Shown in pieces: positions 35,277 through 49,951 of a DNA stretch of 64,000 bases. How positions within the stretch are numbered: position 1 is the stretch's first letter; each line of letters starts with the position of its first letter. Location: the NCBI GenBank assembly GCA_017499595.2, contig CM039008.1:496001-560000 (forward strand), written 5' to 3'. The stretch is from Psilocybe cubensis (taxonomy: Eukaryota). The position numbers and the translations under genes are program-made. The notes under the pieces were generated by a model. That model searched no databases. It was not told the DNA's origin and was given only the letters and a program-made list of their open reading frames with translations.

Positions 35277-35735
35277 TTTGTGCTTCGTGTGGAATCTACT
35301 TTCAGTGGTTTTTATAGTTATGACCACACGCTCGTTCTCGTCTTCTCTCTCCTTTTATCTTTTATCATTATAGTAACCTATGCTTTAGTACCTCCATTAC
35401 CAGTGCATCGCTCTCATTTTTGTACTAAGTAGTAGTCAGACCTGTTCTATTTTTGTGTATCAACTATCATCAATGACCTTCTTGTCTGGTGGAGCCTTAA
35501 ACCTCTACGTCCATAAATTTACTACGTTCTTGGGTAAAAATCGATTTTCTTGATGCACTTTGTTGTTTTTCAAATAATTTCAATTTTCAAACTCACACAT
35601 GCGATTCCCGACGTTACCACGGAGCATGCCGAAACTCCGCTTAAAATTGATTCCGTGCAGATGATTCTGATCTTCTACTTTTTTTCCACCGATTTTATTT
35701 TCTTTTGTTTCTAAACTTACGACCCTTCGCTCACG

Positions 35736-37731
35736 ATGTCTTCTACCGTTCCCATCTCTGGTGCCGCCAATGTCACAGCGCCTACCCCCCAAAATACGCC
35801 GTTGAACCAGGCGCCTATCGCACTGGGTCTTTCGAGGCCGACGGTCCCAGACATCACGGAGGACAACGAGGGCGAAGCTGCTGAGGATGAGGGACCGTCT
35901 CTGGCTGGTCTCGAACAGCACATGCTTGGAATGGTGCAAGGAAAGCTCGCTGATCTGCTTGGAAAGAGCTCGGGATATATCGAGAGCCTGCCAGTGGAGA
36001 TCAAGTTGAATGTTGAGGCACTCAAGGGAGTCCAGGTCAAGCAAAATGAGCTGCACAACCAATACAAGAAGGAGTGCCTGGAGTTGGAGAAGAAGGTAGT
36101 TATCTCCTTCCATTTTTTCTTATTTTTCATCTTTTTTCTTCGATCATTCTCCTTCTGTCTTCATCCATCGATGCAGGGCAAATCGACAATCAGGTCGATC
36201 TGCGGCATGGAGGTCATCCTGATTTCTCACCTTTGGGGGGAGAGATATGGCTGATTATCTGAAATATCGCGATGTGATGAAATTCGTTGCGATAGCTGCC
36301 CCAGCGCTTTGTCACCAATTTCCTTCTTTTTTACCTCTTTTTTGCGATCAGGCCAATCTATGGAGCCTGGAAACATTCTCCACTATCATCGGGATTCCAC
36401 GGTTCATGCCTGTGATTGTCCATTATGCGATCAGTTGGCCCTGCTGCTCAGCATAGCGTTGGGTGTCTACTATTCCTGTGAAGCCTAAATTAGGCCACCT
36501 TTCCCCGTTAACTTTTCGGATTATTTTTTACCTTTCCTACACAACCGTATATTTGATGGTTCCATTTCCATCTTCTCGCCCATTCATATGTTGGAACCTT
36601 TCACTAACCTCAATTTCAGTACTTGGAGCTCCAGAAACCCCTCTACGAACGCCGCAGTGCAATCATTGCCGGTAAAGCTGCTGCTACCACCGAGGAGATC
36701 GAGGCCGGGGAAGAAGCTTCCGTAAAAGAAGATGAAGACTACGCTCCCCTGCCCAAGGATGTCAAACCTTCGCCTTCCGGTATTCCTGAGTTCTGGCTCA
36801 CTGCTCTCAGGAACCATGTTGGCCTGAGTGATATGATCACCGATCGCGATGCCGATGCTCTCAAGCACCTCGTTGATGTGCGTTTGGAATACCTCAAAGA
36901 AGGCGATGAAGCCCCCAAGGAGACATTAGGCAAGCCCGGCTTCAAGATCATCTTCGAATTCGAAAAGAACGATTACTTTACAAATGAGGTTCTTGAAAAG
37001 ACTTATCTCTACCAGGAAGAGGTCGGATACTCGGGCGATTTCGTTTACGATCGTGCCCTCGGAACCAACATCAAGTGGAAGGAGGACAAGGATCTGACGA
37101 AGGAGTTCGAGATCAAGAAACAGAGAAATAAGAGTGCGTCAAATTTTCTTCTTATCTAGACGCAAATCCTTATTTCCATATCGTTTTTCAAGACACAAAC
37201 CGAACCCGTCTAGTCCGCAAAGCTCGCCCCACTGAATCCTTCTTCAACTTCTTCTCGCCGCCCGTTCCTCCCACAGAAGAGGCTATCGAAAATGGGGACT
37301 ACGAAGACGACGAACTGCAGGAACTTGAGGAGAAACTCGAGGAGGATTACCAGATCGGTGAAGATCTGAAGGAGAAGGTGCTTTTGTGTTTCTGCAGCTT
37401 TCATCGTTGCTACTGAATACTGACACCTGCCTCTTAGATTATTCCTCGTGCCATCGACTACTTCACTGGAAAAGCCCTCGAGTATGAAATCATGGATGAC
37501 GAGGACGAGGATGACTATGAGGACTCAGAAGACGGTGATGACGATGACGATGAGAACCGATACGAAGATGTGCGTACATTTTCCATTCGATTTTGAACAA
37601 GCCATTCACACTGCTTGTAGGACTCTGACTCAGACAACGATGTCCCGGGTCGTCGGCGTGCGCCGCAGAAAGGCCGTGGTGGTGCCGCTGGAGGTGACAA
37701 GGTGAACCCAGAGGAATGCAAGAACCAGTAA
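35736..37731 (+). CDS. NAP1: Nucleosome assembly protein 1
   Basis: GYIESLP...LEKK|YLELQKPLYERRSAII, GIPEFWLTAL, FEFEKNDYFTNEVLEKTY, ESFFNFFSPP, IIPRAIDYFTG, an acidic tail and a terminal EECKNQ* CaaX-like motif. Confidence 0.95.
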
Positions 37732-38657
37732 CTGCCAGGATGTCGGTATCGTCTCGACTGAGCCACGATGGTGTTGGCCTCGGGGACTTAGGGCACTTTC
37801 ATTAGCCGAACCGGCGCATAACGCGTCAAGCGGGTGGTGTGTTGTCAATATCTTCCAGTCTTCCTGTCATCTGTCGCTTGTCGAAAATCCTACACATGTT
37901 CCACCACTTTTTATATGCCGACATACCATACATTCATCCCTTTTTGCGGACAACCGTCCCTTGTTTTTTTGTTTGCCTTCTATATCTTTTGTCCATGAAT
38001 TGCTCTCTCAAACAATTAATGCTTCCCTTCCCGTTCCGTTCCGTTTTTCCTAAATTTTCTCACCTCATTCCGATTAACTCAACCAAACGCGTTTCGTGTT
38101 AGCCCTTTGAAATTATATATTTTATATGGAGTCTCTTTTCCGTATGGCCTGAATTTACTTTTTTACTTTTCAAGTTTCAGTTCAGCGTGTCAGTGGAACT
38201 TCATGGTGTACGACTGTTGTGGCCACTCTTCATACGTGATAATCTTGAATCTGCCCTCTTTTAATTACTTTCTCTGCTCTTCATTTGCTTCTTCTGGTTT
38301 TTTTTTTTTTTGGCATGACGGATCATTTTCTCTCCTTTTTTTAATAGTCTTGGTTCTGTTTTTTTTTTTTTTTTTGCAAAATATGAAAGAGTCTGCACAT
38401 CATTGTCCCAAATTTACGTTTCCCGTGTTGTATAGTTTCAATGCTCAAGGATTTAAATCAATCCTGAAATGATAGACGAGGCAAAACCGCTATAGGTTTC
38501 AAAATGCCGTACAAAATATATGTACATGTATCGTTATACTGGTAACTGAGCTAAATAATTTACATAGTACAAGCATTAAGCAGACAAGCTAGTACAGGGT
38601 ATACATAGTACAGGGAGGTTAAGCGTAGCCCAACCCGTAAACTAATTCACGCAAGTA

Positions 38658-40291
38658 TTATCTACTGACCCTCCTAGTCCTGATGGCGGTGGGTAAAATA
38701 CACGAGCTGTTTCTACGAATAACGAGTGTTTGGATTTGATTGCGATTTTGATTATCACTTGGCTCGTCATAGACCTGAGTGTGAGTGGAGATGATATGAA
38801 AGTCACTGATGTTGTTTCCTTGTTGGCCGTTCGCTACTATGGATAAGTTGTTCCGTTCGGCCATGAATTGACAACGGATGTGGAGGAGCACACGGCTTGC
38901 GAGGATAGCATGCAGAGATCGTTGTATGCTGGTGGTTGATGATGTATGCAATAAGATTTACGAGGAGGGTAATACTAGATTAGGTGACATACGAAAGAAA
39001 CAGGTAATGAGTTCCTGGCTGTGGAATTGGGCAAAGAGTCGCGTTAGTTGTCGTTAGTATGATTAAAATAGTGGCTCGTTACAGGAAAAGTTCTGATGGC
39101 GACTACGTTTATACACGATAGAGCTAGGGACGGTGTGAGCCTTTGCCTCGACGGAACCGCCTGAAAAATGGAACAAAATAGAACTGACCAACTTGATAAA
39201 GGTAGTACATAACGCCTTGATGGATAGTTTCAGTATATAATAATAATATAACGCCAAAAATCGGCCATCGAGGAGATGTTTTCTGAGAACTCACCATCGC
39301 GATACACAACGTAGAATAGCGCAGAATTCCCTCCATGTTGATCTATTAATATGTTAAGCATCGAAGAGTCGTTAGTACTTTTGGGCGAGGGATACAAGTG
39401 ATAAACGGGGGTAATCCTGGGTAGTCGTTTGGATTAAGGGACTCACTCACATGCCTGAAATCCTGGTATCACCATGAAGATAAATATCACTGGATGCAGA
39501 TCGCGTCAATCACGCGGCGGCACGCTCAATGGCAACTGTTGAATGGATGTGTGGGTATAGTACGGACCTGTATCCCAAACCATAATGGTTACGAAACAGG
39601 CGAATAATATTTCCTCAGCGTTCAGGAGAAGGCAGCCTAGAAAATGTGGGTATGGAGGAGGCCCAACTATGTGATTAACCAGCCAGATGGGTGGAATGTC
39701 AGTGGTTGAACCTTGAAATATGCTGTGCGGTATCTCATACATATCAATGAGCTCAGAAATTTCGCCATGTAGCCGAAATCAGGAACCCATAATACGATAA
39801 AGGTCGTGCACAAGATGATAGTTGCGCGGGGCTCGCGGTTCCAGACGCCCCATGCTCGTAGACCGAGAAGTACTATGAGAGAAAAGTTAGCAAGCTGAAT
39901 TTTGCACAATCAACGAAGCGTACTTTCGCATAACGCTGTCCCCAATAGCATCATCCCTACACCTGAGATCAGCGGACTCTTCACGTGTTTGTTTCAATAT
40001 GAACGGACATCCCAGTGCTTGATAGACCTGCTGACAGTCTGAGATAGACAAGTTGCGACCAACTTTCTCTGTGAAACGAAACAGTATGAGGAAAACGTGG
40101 GCCAGGTAGGAATGTGGGCACTCACGGAAGAGAACAAGGAAAACGGTGTCTGCGAATGGGAGATACCGTTGGACGAGAAATAGCACTTTCATAGTGTTCC
40201 ATTTCGATCTCCATACTAGATCAACCTCCATGTCGAAGGTTATTAAGTAGTCCCATATATACAGTGCGGCAGCAATAACTAAATGCATCAT
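38658..40291 (-). CDS. DUF6533-domain multi-pass membrane protein; start approximate
   Basis: ALYIWDYLITFDMEVDLVWRSKWNTMKVLFLVQRYLPF; LRAWGVWNR; YRDGIFWRY-like and LHAILASRVLLHIR motifs. Confidence 0.8.
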
Positions 40292-42579
40292 AAGATTCCG
40301 TTAATTTTATGCATGGAAGGCATAACTGACCATCGAAATACTATGCAATCAATACAGGTTAAGATTTCATGCAAAGAGCAGTCAACACAGTATATAAACC
40401 TACCGATACAAATCGTATACTGTGTAGGAGCTTCATGTCTACGCCCGGATCGACGGGAACAGACATGATAAGAGACTGAGCGAGAAAGTGTTTTGGGGAA
40501 AGATGACGGTCGTCGAAAGGGAATGTGTGGGTAAAAAATGAAAGAGTTTGCCGTTTTATTTTCCTGCACAACGCATGGAGTACACCTTGGTGGCTAAAAC
40601 ATATAAGTATTTGATTGCGTCTCCGCCTGTCTCCGCCGTGATTAGATGGTGAGATTCGGGGCAACGGTGACTCAACAGCACTTGAATATGTCAGTTGTAC
40701 ATGATCTGCGTACTATGCGGATGGCTGCCATGAAAACGGCCTTTAGCGTCCACCAAAACATAACGATCAGCTGTGATAAAGTGTATGTTAATTTTCCATT
40801 TTTTCCCTGAAGAATGTAGGAGGCTGGGCTGTGAACAGGGTTTATATTTAGGATACATCTTTTGACGTTTCGGCGATAGAACAGTGGTGCGTTAATTCCG
40901 GAAGATCCTTGGTTGCTGCGCCAGGTCTTGTCGACGGTCGGGGTTTCTGGACAGGATGGGTCTACGATCGCAGTATTATTCGACACGTGTACCCGTCTTG
41001 TCCCGTCTTGATTCTCTTTCAAGGAGCAAAACCTGGTTACTGACAAAATGAGATGATTGGTCTGGGGCAGGACAGTAGGGTACTGATCGTGTTCAAATTT
41101 AAATATATTCAAGGATTCAAAGCGCTAACAAACTGGCTGGATGCATCGATCTTTAACGGGGTTTGCGCAAGTGGGTGGCGTACTGTCAATGAATTGTCAA
41201 TCGGGGGCGAAGCAAGGTTTCAATCCAAAACAATATCACGGTGCCTCTTCAAATTGGATTCGAACGTAGCGCGTCTTTAGAGGTAACATTTACTGTAATG
41301 TTGAAAGTCGATGGGCAAGTAGGTTATTTGTAGCAGAAAAGATCGGAAAGATGCAGGCTTGTCACGGTGTGAATCATATTTGGACGGATCAGTCGGACTC
41401 TAATCGGATATCAAAAATAGCTTCGGAGTTCAAAATATGATTTGTCAGGAATCGCTGTCACGACAACGTCACGATTCCCTACTCCCTCCTTGCAGAAGAC
41501 TTTGATATTTACAATTCCCAACGCCGAACATAGAGGCCCTAGGGTTGACGTTGAACGCCACCTTTACCCAGGAAAAACCAAGAATCTATACTTTCGAAGT
41601 AAGCATCATGTTTACTATGTGGTGCGATCCATCGGAATAAGCAGACGAGTCGGAACCGTGAGTAGTAACATGCTGACCCAGTTACGACGACGACAAACTC
41701 GGCTTCAAGGTCGCACTCAACTTCACTTTCTTCCATATTCACCAGGTACACAAGTACAATGAATGTTCAGGTGAGATCCACAAATATCCGGTCTGCCCTT
41801 GTTCACCTGTCATCGGTGTGATTTTCTAAGAAAAGCAACTTTTTGGCGCTACGCCAGGGCGTTAATTTTGGTCACCCGCTGCATATTCCCAGAGCGTCTT
41901 GTTCTACTATCCGGACAACTCTCATGTTTGGTTGCTCCTGAAAATGTGACGTACATGTTGAAGAGATCCTCTAATCTTCCATTCACAAAGTTCATGAGAT
42001 CTAACACAAATTCTACGCTTACTTGGCTCGTCCAAACCATAAGGTCAGTATCTGAGAGATTATAGTCTTCTTATTGATGCTGATATGCGCATGCAAGTTA
42101 ACATCACTCACAGAAGTCTCATCATGGACTGAGCAAGTGTTGAATTCCCTACAAGTCATCGGCTAAAACGCGGTACCTATGTTTTTGCTGGAGTTATTCA
42201 CTGCCAAGACTCTCCGCCACCAGTTCTTTTTGATCAGCCGGAAGACAACGATCAAGAAATTCGCGAAGAGGTCTGTCTTCATCACGAAACAGGCTGTTCA
42301 CTCCTCTCCATCGACAGTGACCATTCGTGTTATACAATTTTATTGACTGCATTTGTGATTTTGACATCTCAGTAAGTGTGAGATTGTTGTGTTGCGAGGA
42401 CAAGGATTTTCAAGGCTCCTGGCAACCCATATGCCTATAAGATGTGGGCGAAATGACGCGCTTCTCTATCTCATTTTGTTCCGTTCTCTTCCTTCTTTAC
42501 CTTTTTCCAGTTGACCCGGGTCGGTCTACCACTTTCTTTTCGTTATACTTCATATTTTTGTTGCCGGACACTCCTTTTC

Positions 42580-45148
42580 ATGTATCCTCAAACTTTCAGC
42601 CTTCTTTCTCTCTTCTTGACCAGCGTATTGGCCACTAATGACTGGTCCAAACCTTGTCTCTCTGGCGTTTGTGAATATGGTGCGTCATAAACAGGGACAT
42701 CTTGCCTTGATATACAACTTATCTGCTTTTAGACCTGCCTTCTTCATCTGGATCCGCTTCTGGAACATTGAAAATCGTAAGCTGCCAACTTTCATGGACA
42801 GCAGAAAAATACTAACCTCGAACACAGTGGGGGTCCAAAAATGACATTGGAGATATTACAACAGCAGCTGGTTGGGAAATTATTGATTGCTCTCCTGAAG
42901 CTCTGGATCAAGATATTCGAATTGTATGCAAGGAGGACAGCTCAGTTGATTGCTCTCGTCTTTTCAACAGTGGAGCCGAGGGAAAGATTGTTCGTTTGCC
43001 CGAAAATGTATGTTTTCTGTATCATCCCCTCTTGTTAATGTTTTCTTAGCTAGCCATGATAGTGTGGTCGCAGTGCTTTCGCCGTTGTAACAGATTCTTG
43101 GGTCTCGGAGGATCAATCTATTCCTCCAAACCTCGCTGCCTCCCTTTCTCGTCGCGATGGGTCTGCATCGCAAGTGAAGGCCCTTCGGCTTACTACCAAA
43201 TTCGATTCTGTGGATGTGTCAAAAAGGAAGAACAGGGCTGTCAATTTTGCTATTCAAGCTGCAAATTTCCCCGGTGCTGCCGGAAATGTTCAAGTTGATA
43301 CATCCAGACCCCGTAGACCAAGTCGTATCGCCCAACGCGGTTTTTCGGATTTCATAACAAATACACTCGGATGTGAGAAACTTCCTTTCATTGCAATTAT
43401 TTGGTCTATCGTTCAACTCTTTGCATTGTTATTTTAATTAGCTATCGCGTCGCTGAACAACTTCAACGTCGACAAATCGACGGCACTCGACCCAATCAGT
43501 GTCAACAAGACCTTCAACTTGATTGACCAGAAAGTATCGTGTCCTCCAGTAGATGCAAGCCTTAAGATCGACGTCACCACCGATGCGCAAGCTAACATCA
43601 CCATCGGTATTGCTGCTAGTGGCATCTTCGTTCCCCCTGTGATCCAAGAATTTGCTATTATTACTAGTATGTGATTTGGTTTGACCATTGTGGTTCCTAT
43701 ATTTACTTAGTTGGTTTTAGGTATGTCTGCTGAATTGAATGGCTCCGTCGACGTCGCCGCTGGAGTTACCGGCACTCTAGATTCTGGAAAAATCAACCTC
43801 CTGACTGTTCCTATTGGCGGCATTGATTTCCCTGGTATTCTTACGATTGGCCCAACCTTTGAAGTCAACGCACAGGCAATTGCCAAACTGGATGTTGATC
43901 TAGGCCTGACGGTTGGCGTCAATTATAAGGTTGATAATGCCCAGCTCGTCTTCCCTCCCAACAGCAACAGGCCATCTGGTGGATCGTTTAATGCTGGAAA
44001 TACACGTATGCTTTTTTACTGACTCAAGCATTACTTCATGGTATTTATCTTTGCTCTTTTCCAGCCCTCAAACTATCTGCAAGCCCTAATGCTAAAGCTA
44101 CTGGCACCCTTGAAGCCCATCTCATTCCCAGCCTCAACCTCGGCCTATCGGCTCTCAACGATGTCGCCAAAGCAAGCATTTTCGTTGAATTGGATGGTAG
44201 TGCGTCGTTGACGCTTGGACTGGAAGCAGCTGCTGAGGATATCCCGATTCTCAACGTTTCTTCGCCAGCGGAAAAGTCGAAGAAGGGTATCATGCAAATT
44301 CGTGGGGCCACTCAACCTGGTCACTACTTTTGGAGCCCACCGTTGATGCCAGACGAAAAGGTTTCTAGTACGATTGTGGACGAGAAGGTGCCCTCAACCA
44401 GAACGATGATGGAAGGTCCATCTGTGGTCACGGTAACTGTTACAGAGAAGGCTGGACACTGGACGACTCCCTCAGCTACGCCAACGACCTGGGACCAAAA
44501 GCATCCCGCGGCGACCACAATTATATTAAACGGTACACCATCTGGATATTCGACGAGTGCCTCAGCCACCCCTGGTACGATATGGGGAGGAAATCTTCCT
44601 TCTCCATATTCGAGTTCAAGTAGGGGCTTGGAACTTGAGACGACCTCCAAACTCATGAAGGCCACTGCCACCGGTACAAACACAGCATCTGCTCCAGCAT
44701 CTACTGCGACTGGTGGTACAGAAGGATCCGGCTCTTTCTCAGGATGCGTCGAAATAGGTGCAGGGCTGGACGTGAACGCCGGTGCTGACGCCAATTTTTT
44801 TGAACTTTTCAACACGGGAACCAAGGTGTCGTTGTTCAGCAAGAAGTTCGAGCTTTTCAAGGTCAGTTACGATTCTTCTCGCTACGAGGCGAGGTACTTA
44901 TGCGTTTGGTCGTGTAGAAATGCTTCGGCGATGCTCCTCAAACTCGACGGAGTTTACTCCCTTTGCTTCCGGTTCGCAGAGGCGTGGTGGCCACCCGGGA
45001 CATTGTTAGCGATCTCCTCTGTCCTGCTGCTGATACAACTGCTGCGCAGACCATTGTCGATCAAATTATAGCAGCTGCCGAGTGAGTTCAACACACCTAT
45101 TAACAGAACTCACTTCCTGACCATATTTTTAGCATCAAAGCAGTTTGA
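42580..45148 (+). CDS. Secreted cysteine-containing protein of unknown function with an S/T-rich insert
   Basis: Signal peptide MYPQTFSLLSLFLTSVLA; NDWSKPCLSGVCEY; DITTAAGWEIIDC; GAEGKIVRLPEN|CG; IPGILTIGPTF-like beta-rich region; canonical introns. Confidence 0.75.
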
Positions 45149-45581
45149 GAGCGATGCCCTCAGAAATAGTGCTGACTGGATCAGGCTGGTATACTATATA
45201 TGTTCCATTGGAAAGCTGGGGCACCAGGCGGCTTAGATACGCCTTTAGCACCTAGAGCTTGGTTTGCTTATACCATTTCTTAGGGGTACTCAGGGCTGTG
45301 ATCGAGGACTCCTTTACGCGGTGTTTTAATGGCCCTCTTCCTGGGCCAACTGCACCTTGTTGATTGCTCCTCTTTTTTGATTTATTTGAGCTTGGCGATT
45401 ATCTTTCAGATTATACCAGTAGTTACACGAGTGTTTATATAGTACAAACAATTTAAATGTAATTGCATGAATGAAGCAATTGTAATGTTGGGCGTGGGAA
45501 CCTTTACCCCAAGGACGACAAATATCTTAATGTCTCGCCCCTCTTGTTCTTGTACTATATCACAAACGTTCCCCTAACCGA

Positions 45582-48500
45582 ATGGCGGAGGCAACGCCTC
45601 ATACGTCCAATGCAGAAATAATTGCAAACGGTATGCTTTTACTTTTGGCACATTTGGTTCATTCATTGACGCGTCATGCCTAGTCGAACCACTCTACCAG
45701 GTCAAGTTGTTGGCGGCTCTTCGAAACGGTCAGCACCATTTTGGCAAGACGACCAACGTATCTTGCTGATAGCAGACTTGCGATAGGGGACCCGTCCGTA
45801 ATCCACCCATTTCTCGCCGAAATCAGTAAAGACAAGCGAAAGAGTGTGGATGGAGACATCGATACTGGCGCAGCAGCATTGCATCTCGCTGTGAGATGCG
45901 GATCAGGTAACTTGACAGTAAAGCTCATTGGCAGTCTATTTACACTTTTCTTTCTTTTGGCAGTTCAAACAGTGGCTTTACTTCTGGCCCATCGAGCTAT
46001 CTCGCCAAACGGCATTCACCCACCAGGATCTGGAACTACGGCTTTGCATCTGGCAGCTTCTCTTGGGAGAGCAGACGTTGTCAACCTTCTGCTGGAACAA
46101 GAAAACATAGACGATAGCATACGTGATAACCAAGGAAGGACTTGTAGAGATGTGGCAAGAAACAAAGACGTCATTCGGACAATTGATGGTGTGTTCATAC
46201 CTGAATCCTGGAATTTGTTCAACAATTTATGTTCTGCGCTCAGATTCTCGATCTCTTCTCAATACAACCTACCGAACGTTGCTGAGGAGCTACATCTTTT
46301 CACCAATCAATGATCCGCCAGTACCTGCCCTGATCCAATTTCTGGAATCGCCTAGAATCAAATTTGTGGATCTGTCATACCTTGACAACGATTCGGGGAC
46401 GTCTCTCTTGCATGAAGCAGCACGACGCAAAGACCTCCGGCTTATCGAGCTAGCTGTCAGAGCCGGCGCAGATGTATTCGTTCGGAATCGGAAGGGCAAA
46501 ATGGCTTATGAAGGGACTGGTAAAGATGATCGCGTTCGGGTCTTCCTGCGGCAATGTAAGTTACCTTTTACAAGGCAGTGTTGATTGAAACTGATATTTC
46601 TTAGTGGCCAATCACGACAAGACCTTAATTCAGAACTCTGCTCCGTTGACGGAACCGCCGGTGTTAAAAGGATATCTGAACAAATACACCAATGTAGCCA
46701 AAGGCTATAATACTCGGTGGTTTGTGCTGAGAAATGGGGTGCTTTCATGTTAGTGATGTCATTCAACTTAACCCTTGCCCTGACTAATCTCCCGCCGACA
46801 TGTACTGTCAGATTACCGACATCAAGATGACGAAACCGTTGCTAGCCGAGGCTCAATATCGATGAAAACTGCGGTGCTTCATATTGCAGAGCGTAATCGA
46901 TTTGAAGTGCATTCTCTGCCTTCGAAAGGAAGCCACAACTCTATCACACAAAAATGGTATATGAAAGCAAATCATCCCGTGGAAGCACATCGATGGACAG
47001 AGGCAATTAACAAGAGCATTGAGTGGTTCAAACAACGGGAAAATGGGATTGATAGCGACGCTTCGTCAATAAACGCTTCGAGACGAAGAAGTACGGATAG
47101 TGAACATAGCGGGATAAAATCGACACCATCGATGCAATCACAAAGTCTTTCAAGCCACCTGTGGAGGAAAAGTGCGCCTGGGGGCAGTGGCAGAGACCGC
47201 GATTCCATGACAGGGTCAACGTACACGTACATCGACTCCGCGGATGCCAGTCCAAACCTGATGCAAAATGACACAGTAGGACCCTCTGCTGCATCTCATC
47301 ACACAATCGAGAATGATGGCGGGGAGGAAGACAACGATGAAGAGGATTCTTCATCTGCAAACTCCGACGAGAAAACACCTCCGCACTCAAACTTTGAGCT
47401 TCAAGGTAGCGCCACCTCCACTCAGCTTGAGCTTTGTGCTCAATTAGCCTCGAACCTGTCTTTCACTCGCGATACGCCCCGTCGAGTACTTGAAAGCCAT
47501 CAAGCACTCCAGGAATCCTTGCGCATAACGCAGAATCTTTTAAACGACTTCTTGCAAATCACTAGGGAAAGGGAGGACTGGTGGGCCAAACAGCTGAAGA
47601 AGGAAAGAGCGCGCCAGCATTTCTGGGAAGAAAGTCTTGCTACTGTGGTTAAGGAGGGTGAAACCCTTGAGAGAGAGCTTAGGAACAGAAGCAGGAAACG
47701 TGGTAGTCGTGTTTTCGGTCCGAGCGCGATGGGTTCTTTCCACGAGAAGAAGAGACCGACGGCCTTGGGCCTGACCCCGACATCTTCGACACTGTCACAA
47801 CCTTTAGCTGAAGAGCCACCTTCACCTCAGGCGGACGGTCCTCCTCCACCTTCTGCAATTGTTAATACCCCTAAATATTCTCCGCCGCCTCCACTGCCCA
47901 TTCCTAGTTTTGCTGTTAGCCCCCCTACCCCTATCGATCCTATACCCCACCCAGTCGCCAAGAAGTCACCAATACGAAGCCCTGAGATTGCTATTGGCAG
48001 ACATCCATCTCCAATGTCGCTCGATGCAACAGCTATTAATCTTACTCAAGACTCGGTCATCGATGACGAATACGAGCGCGACACTGATGACGAAGACGAA
48101 TTCTTTGATGCCATCGAATCCAACAACCTTCCGAACTTGTACATCAACGAGGGCCTGAAGAGTCCGGCAAGCGACATGTCATTCTCACCGACCCAAGCTG
48201 CTGAACCATCTCCAGCCGAATTGCTGAGCTTGGCCACTCTCAAGGGTCCATTGCCTCAGGGAACCAATTTGGAACAGTATGCAGGCTACGCCCATCTTCG
48301 TAGCAGACTGGCAATTGGCAGTGACCAGCGCCCCAGTACAAGTCTATGGAGTGTTTTGAAGCATAGTATTGGCAAGGATTTAACGAAGATCAGTTTTCCT
48401 GTGTTCTTTAACGAGCCGACGAGTATGTTGCAAAGAATGGTGCGTTTGATTCTCTTTTCGTTAACGGGACAGGCATTAACGTGGTTTATTCCGCTTCGAT

Positions 48501-49951
48501 AGGCAGAAGACATGGAATTCTCGGAATGCTGTGAGTAAATTTACAATTCGTTCCTTAGTCCTTACGATTCTGATTCGGGTCAATTCCATTTCAGTGGATG
48601 TCGCTGCTCATGAGAGCGATCCTCTTCGGCGCATAGCATTCGTGGCTGCATTTGCGATGTCAAATTATTCTTCTACTATAGGGCGAATTGCGAAGCCTTT
48701 CAATCCTATGCTCGTTCGTCGCTTTCTGCTATGACCCAAATACTCATCTGAAATGACCTCATCCTTCCAGAGCGAAACATTTGAATATGTGAGGCTCGAT
48801 CGGCAGTACCGCTATGTATCGGAGCAAGTCAGCCATCATCCTCCAATTTCAGCATGTTGGGCAGAATCGCCTTCATGGCACTACTACGGAGAAGTATGTA
48901 TTTTGCAGTCTGTCGTGCTCCGATGTTTACTGATCATGTTTGCTTCTCAGGTTGACGCCCAAAACAAGTTTATGGGGAAATCATTTGAGATCAGGCCCAC
49001 AGGTGTCGCTCATGCCAACTTGCTATTACCGGAAGACGCTGCCCCCGAATATCCAAGAGCACAAGGCGAGCTCGCCAAAGGGAAGGTTTTGGAACATTAC
49101 AGTTGGAAGAAGGTTACCACGAACGTATCTGGATTCATATTAGGGTCTCCGACGATCGACCATTATGGAGATATGGTGGTATGTTTTTAGTCTCGATGTT
49201 GATCCAGGGTTGTGTGTCACTAAAATATGGTTCTTTGTATCTATAGGTTACGAATCATCGAACCGGAGATCAATGTATTCTTACCTTCAAACCCCGTGGG
49301 TGGCGAGGGAAGGATGCCTATGAGATCTCTGGTCAAGTTATCGACCACAATGGCCAAGTAGCATACGAGATCGCTGGTCGATGGAACTCCCAGCTAGTGG
49401 CGAAGAAGGTTGGATTTGGCAATGGTCAGCTTCACCCCGACATCTCCATGACAGGACCAAACTCTCCATCCGTCGCTCCTGAATACATCCTACTTTGGCG
49501 AAATTCGGATAAACCAGCTGGATCTCCGTTCAACCTTACACCGTTTGCCATTACATTGAACGATTGCCCACAGGATACTCTCCGACCCTTCCTGTGTCCC
49601 ACGGACTGTCGACTACGACCTGATCAAAGAGCGTTTGAGTTGGGCAAATACGAGCTGGCAAACGATCTGAAGTCGGCGCAGGAAGAAAAGCAGCGATCGA
49701 TTAGGAGGGCGAGAGAGGAAGGGAAGTTAGCGCCACATACCCCTAGGTGGTTCACGGCTGAAACAGATGGGGACACTGGAGAGAGGGTGTGGAGCCCTGT
49801 ACGGACACACGATCACAAGCTCGAATATTGGGAAGAAAGGGAAAGGGTTTGGGCAAACGGAGGAGGTGCTACATGGAAGGGCGTGGACCCGATATTCATC
49901 GAGGAACCTCCACTTATATCTGAGCTCTTGAAGAAGACTGCTAAATACTAG
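45582..49951 (+). CDS. OSH1: Oxysterol-binding protein homolog, Osh1/Osh2 type (ankyrin, PH, FFAT, OSBP)
   Basis: Ankyrin TALHLAA repeats; [89 protein letters not shown]. Confidence 0.95.

Noticed and set aside
36274-36619. Box C/D snoRNA in the NAP1 intron
   Set aside because: A C-box-like GTGATGA is present, but I found no downstream CTGA D box within the intron.
38297-38375. Poly-T tracts as retroposition scars
   Set aside because: No TSD or retro-copied sequence; ordinary 3' intergenic tracts.
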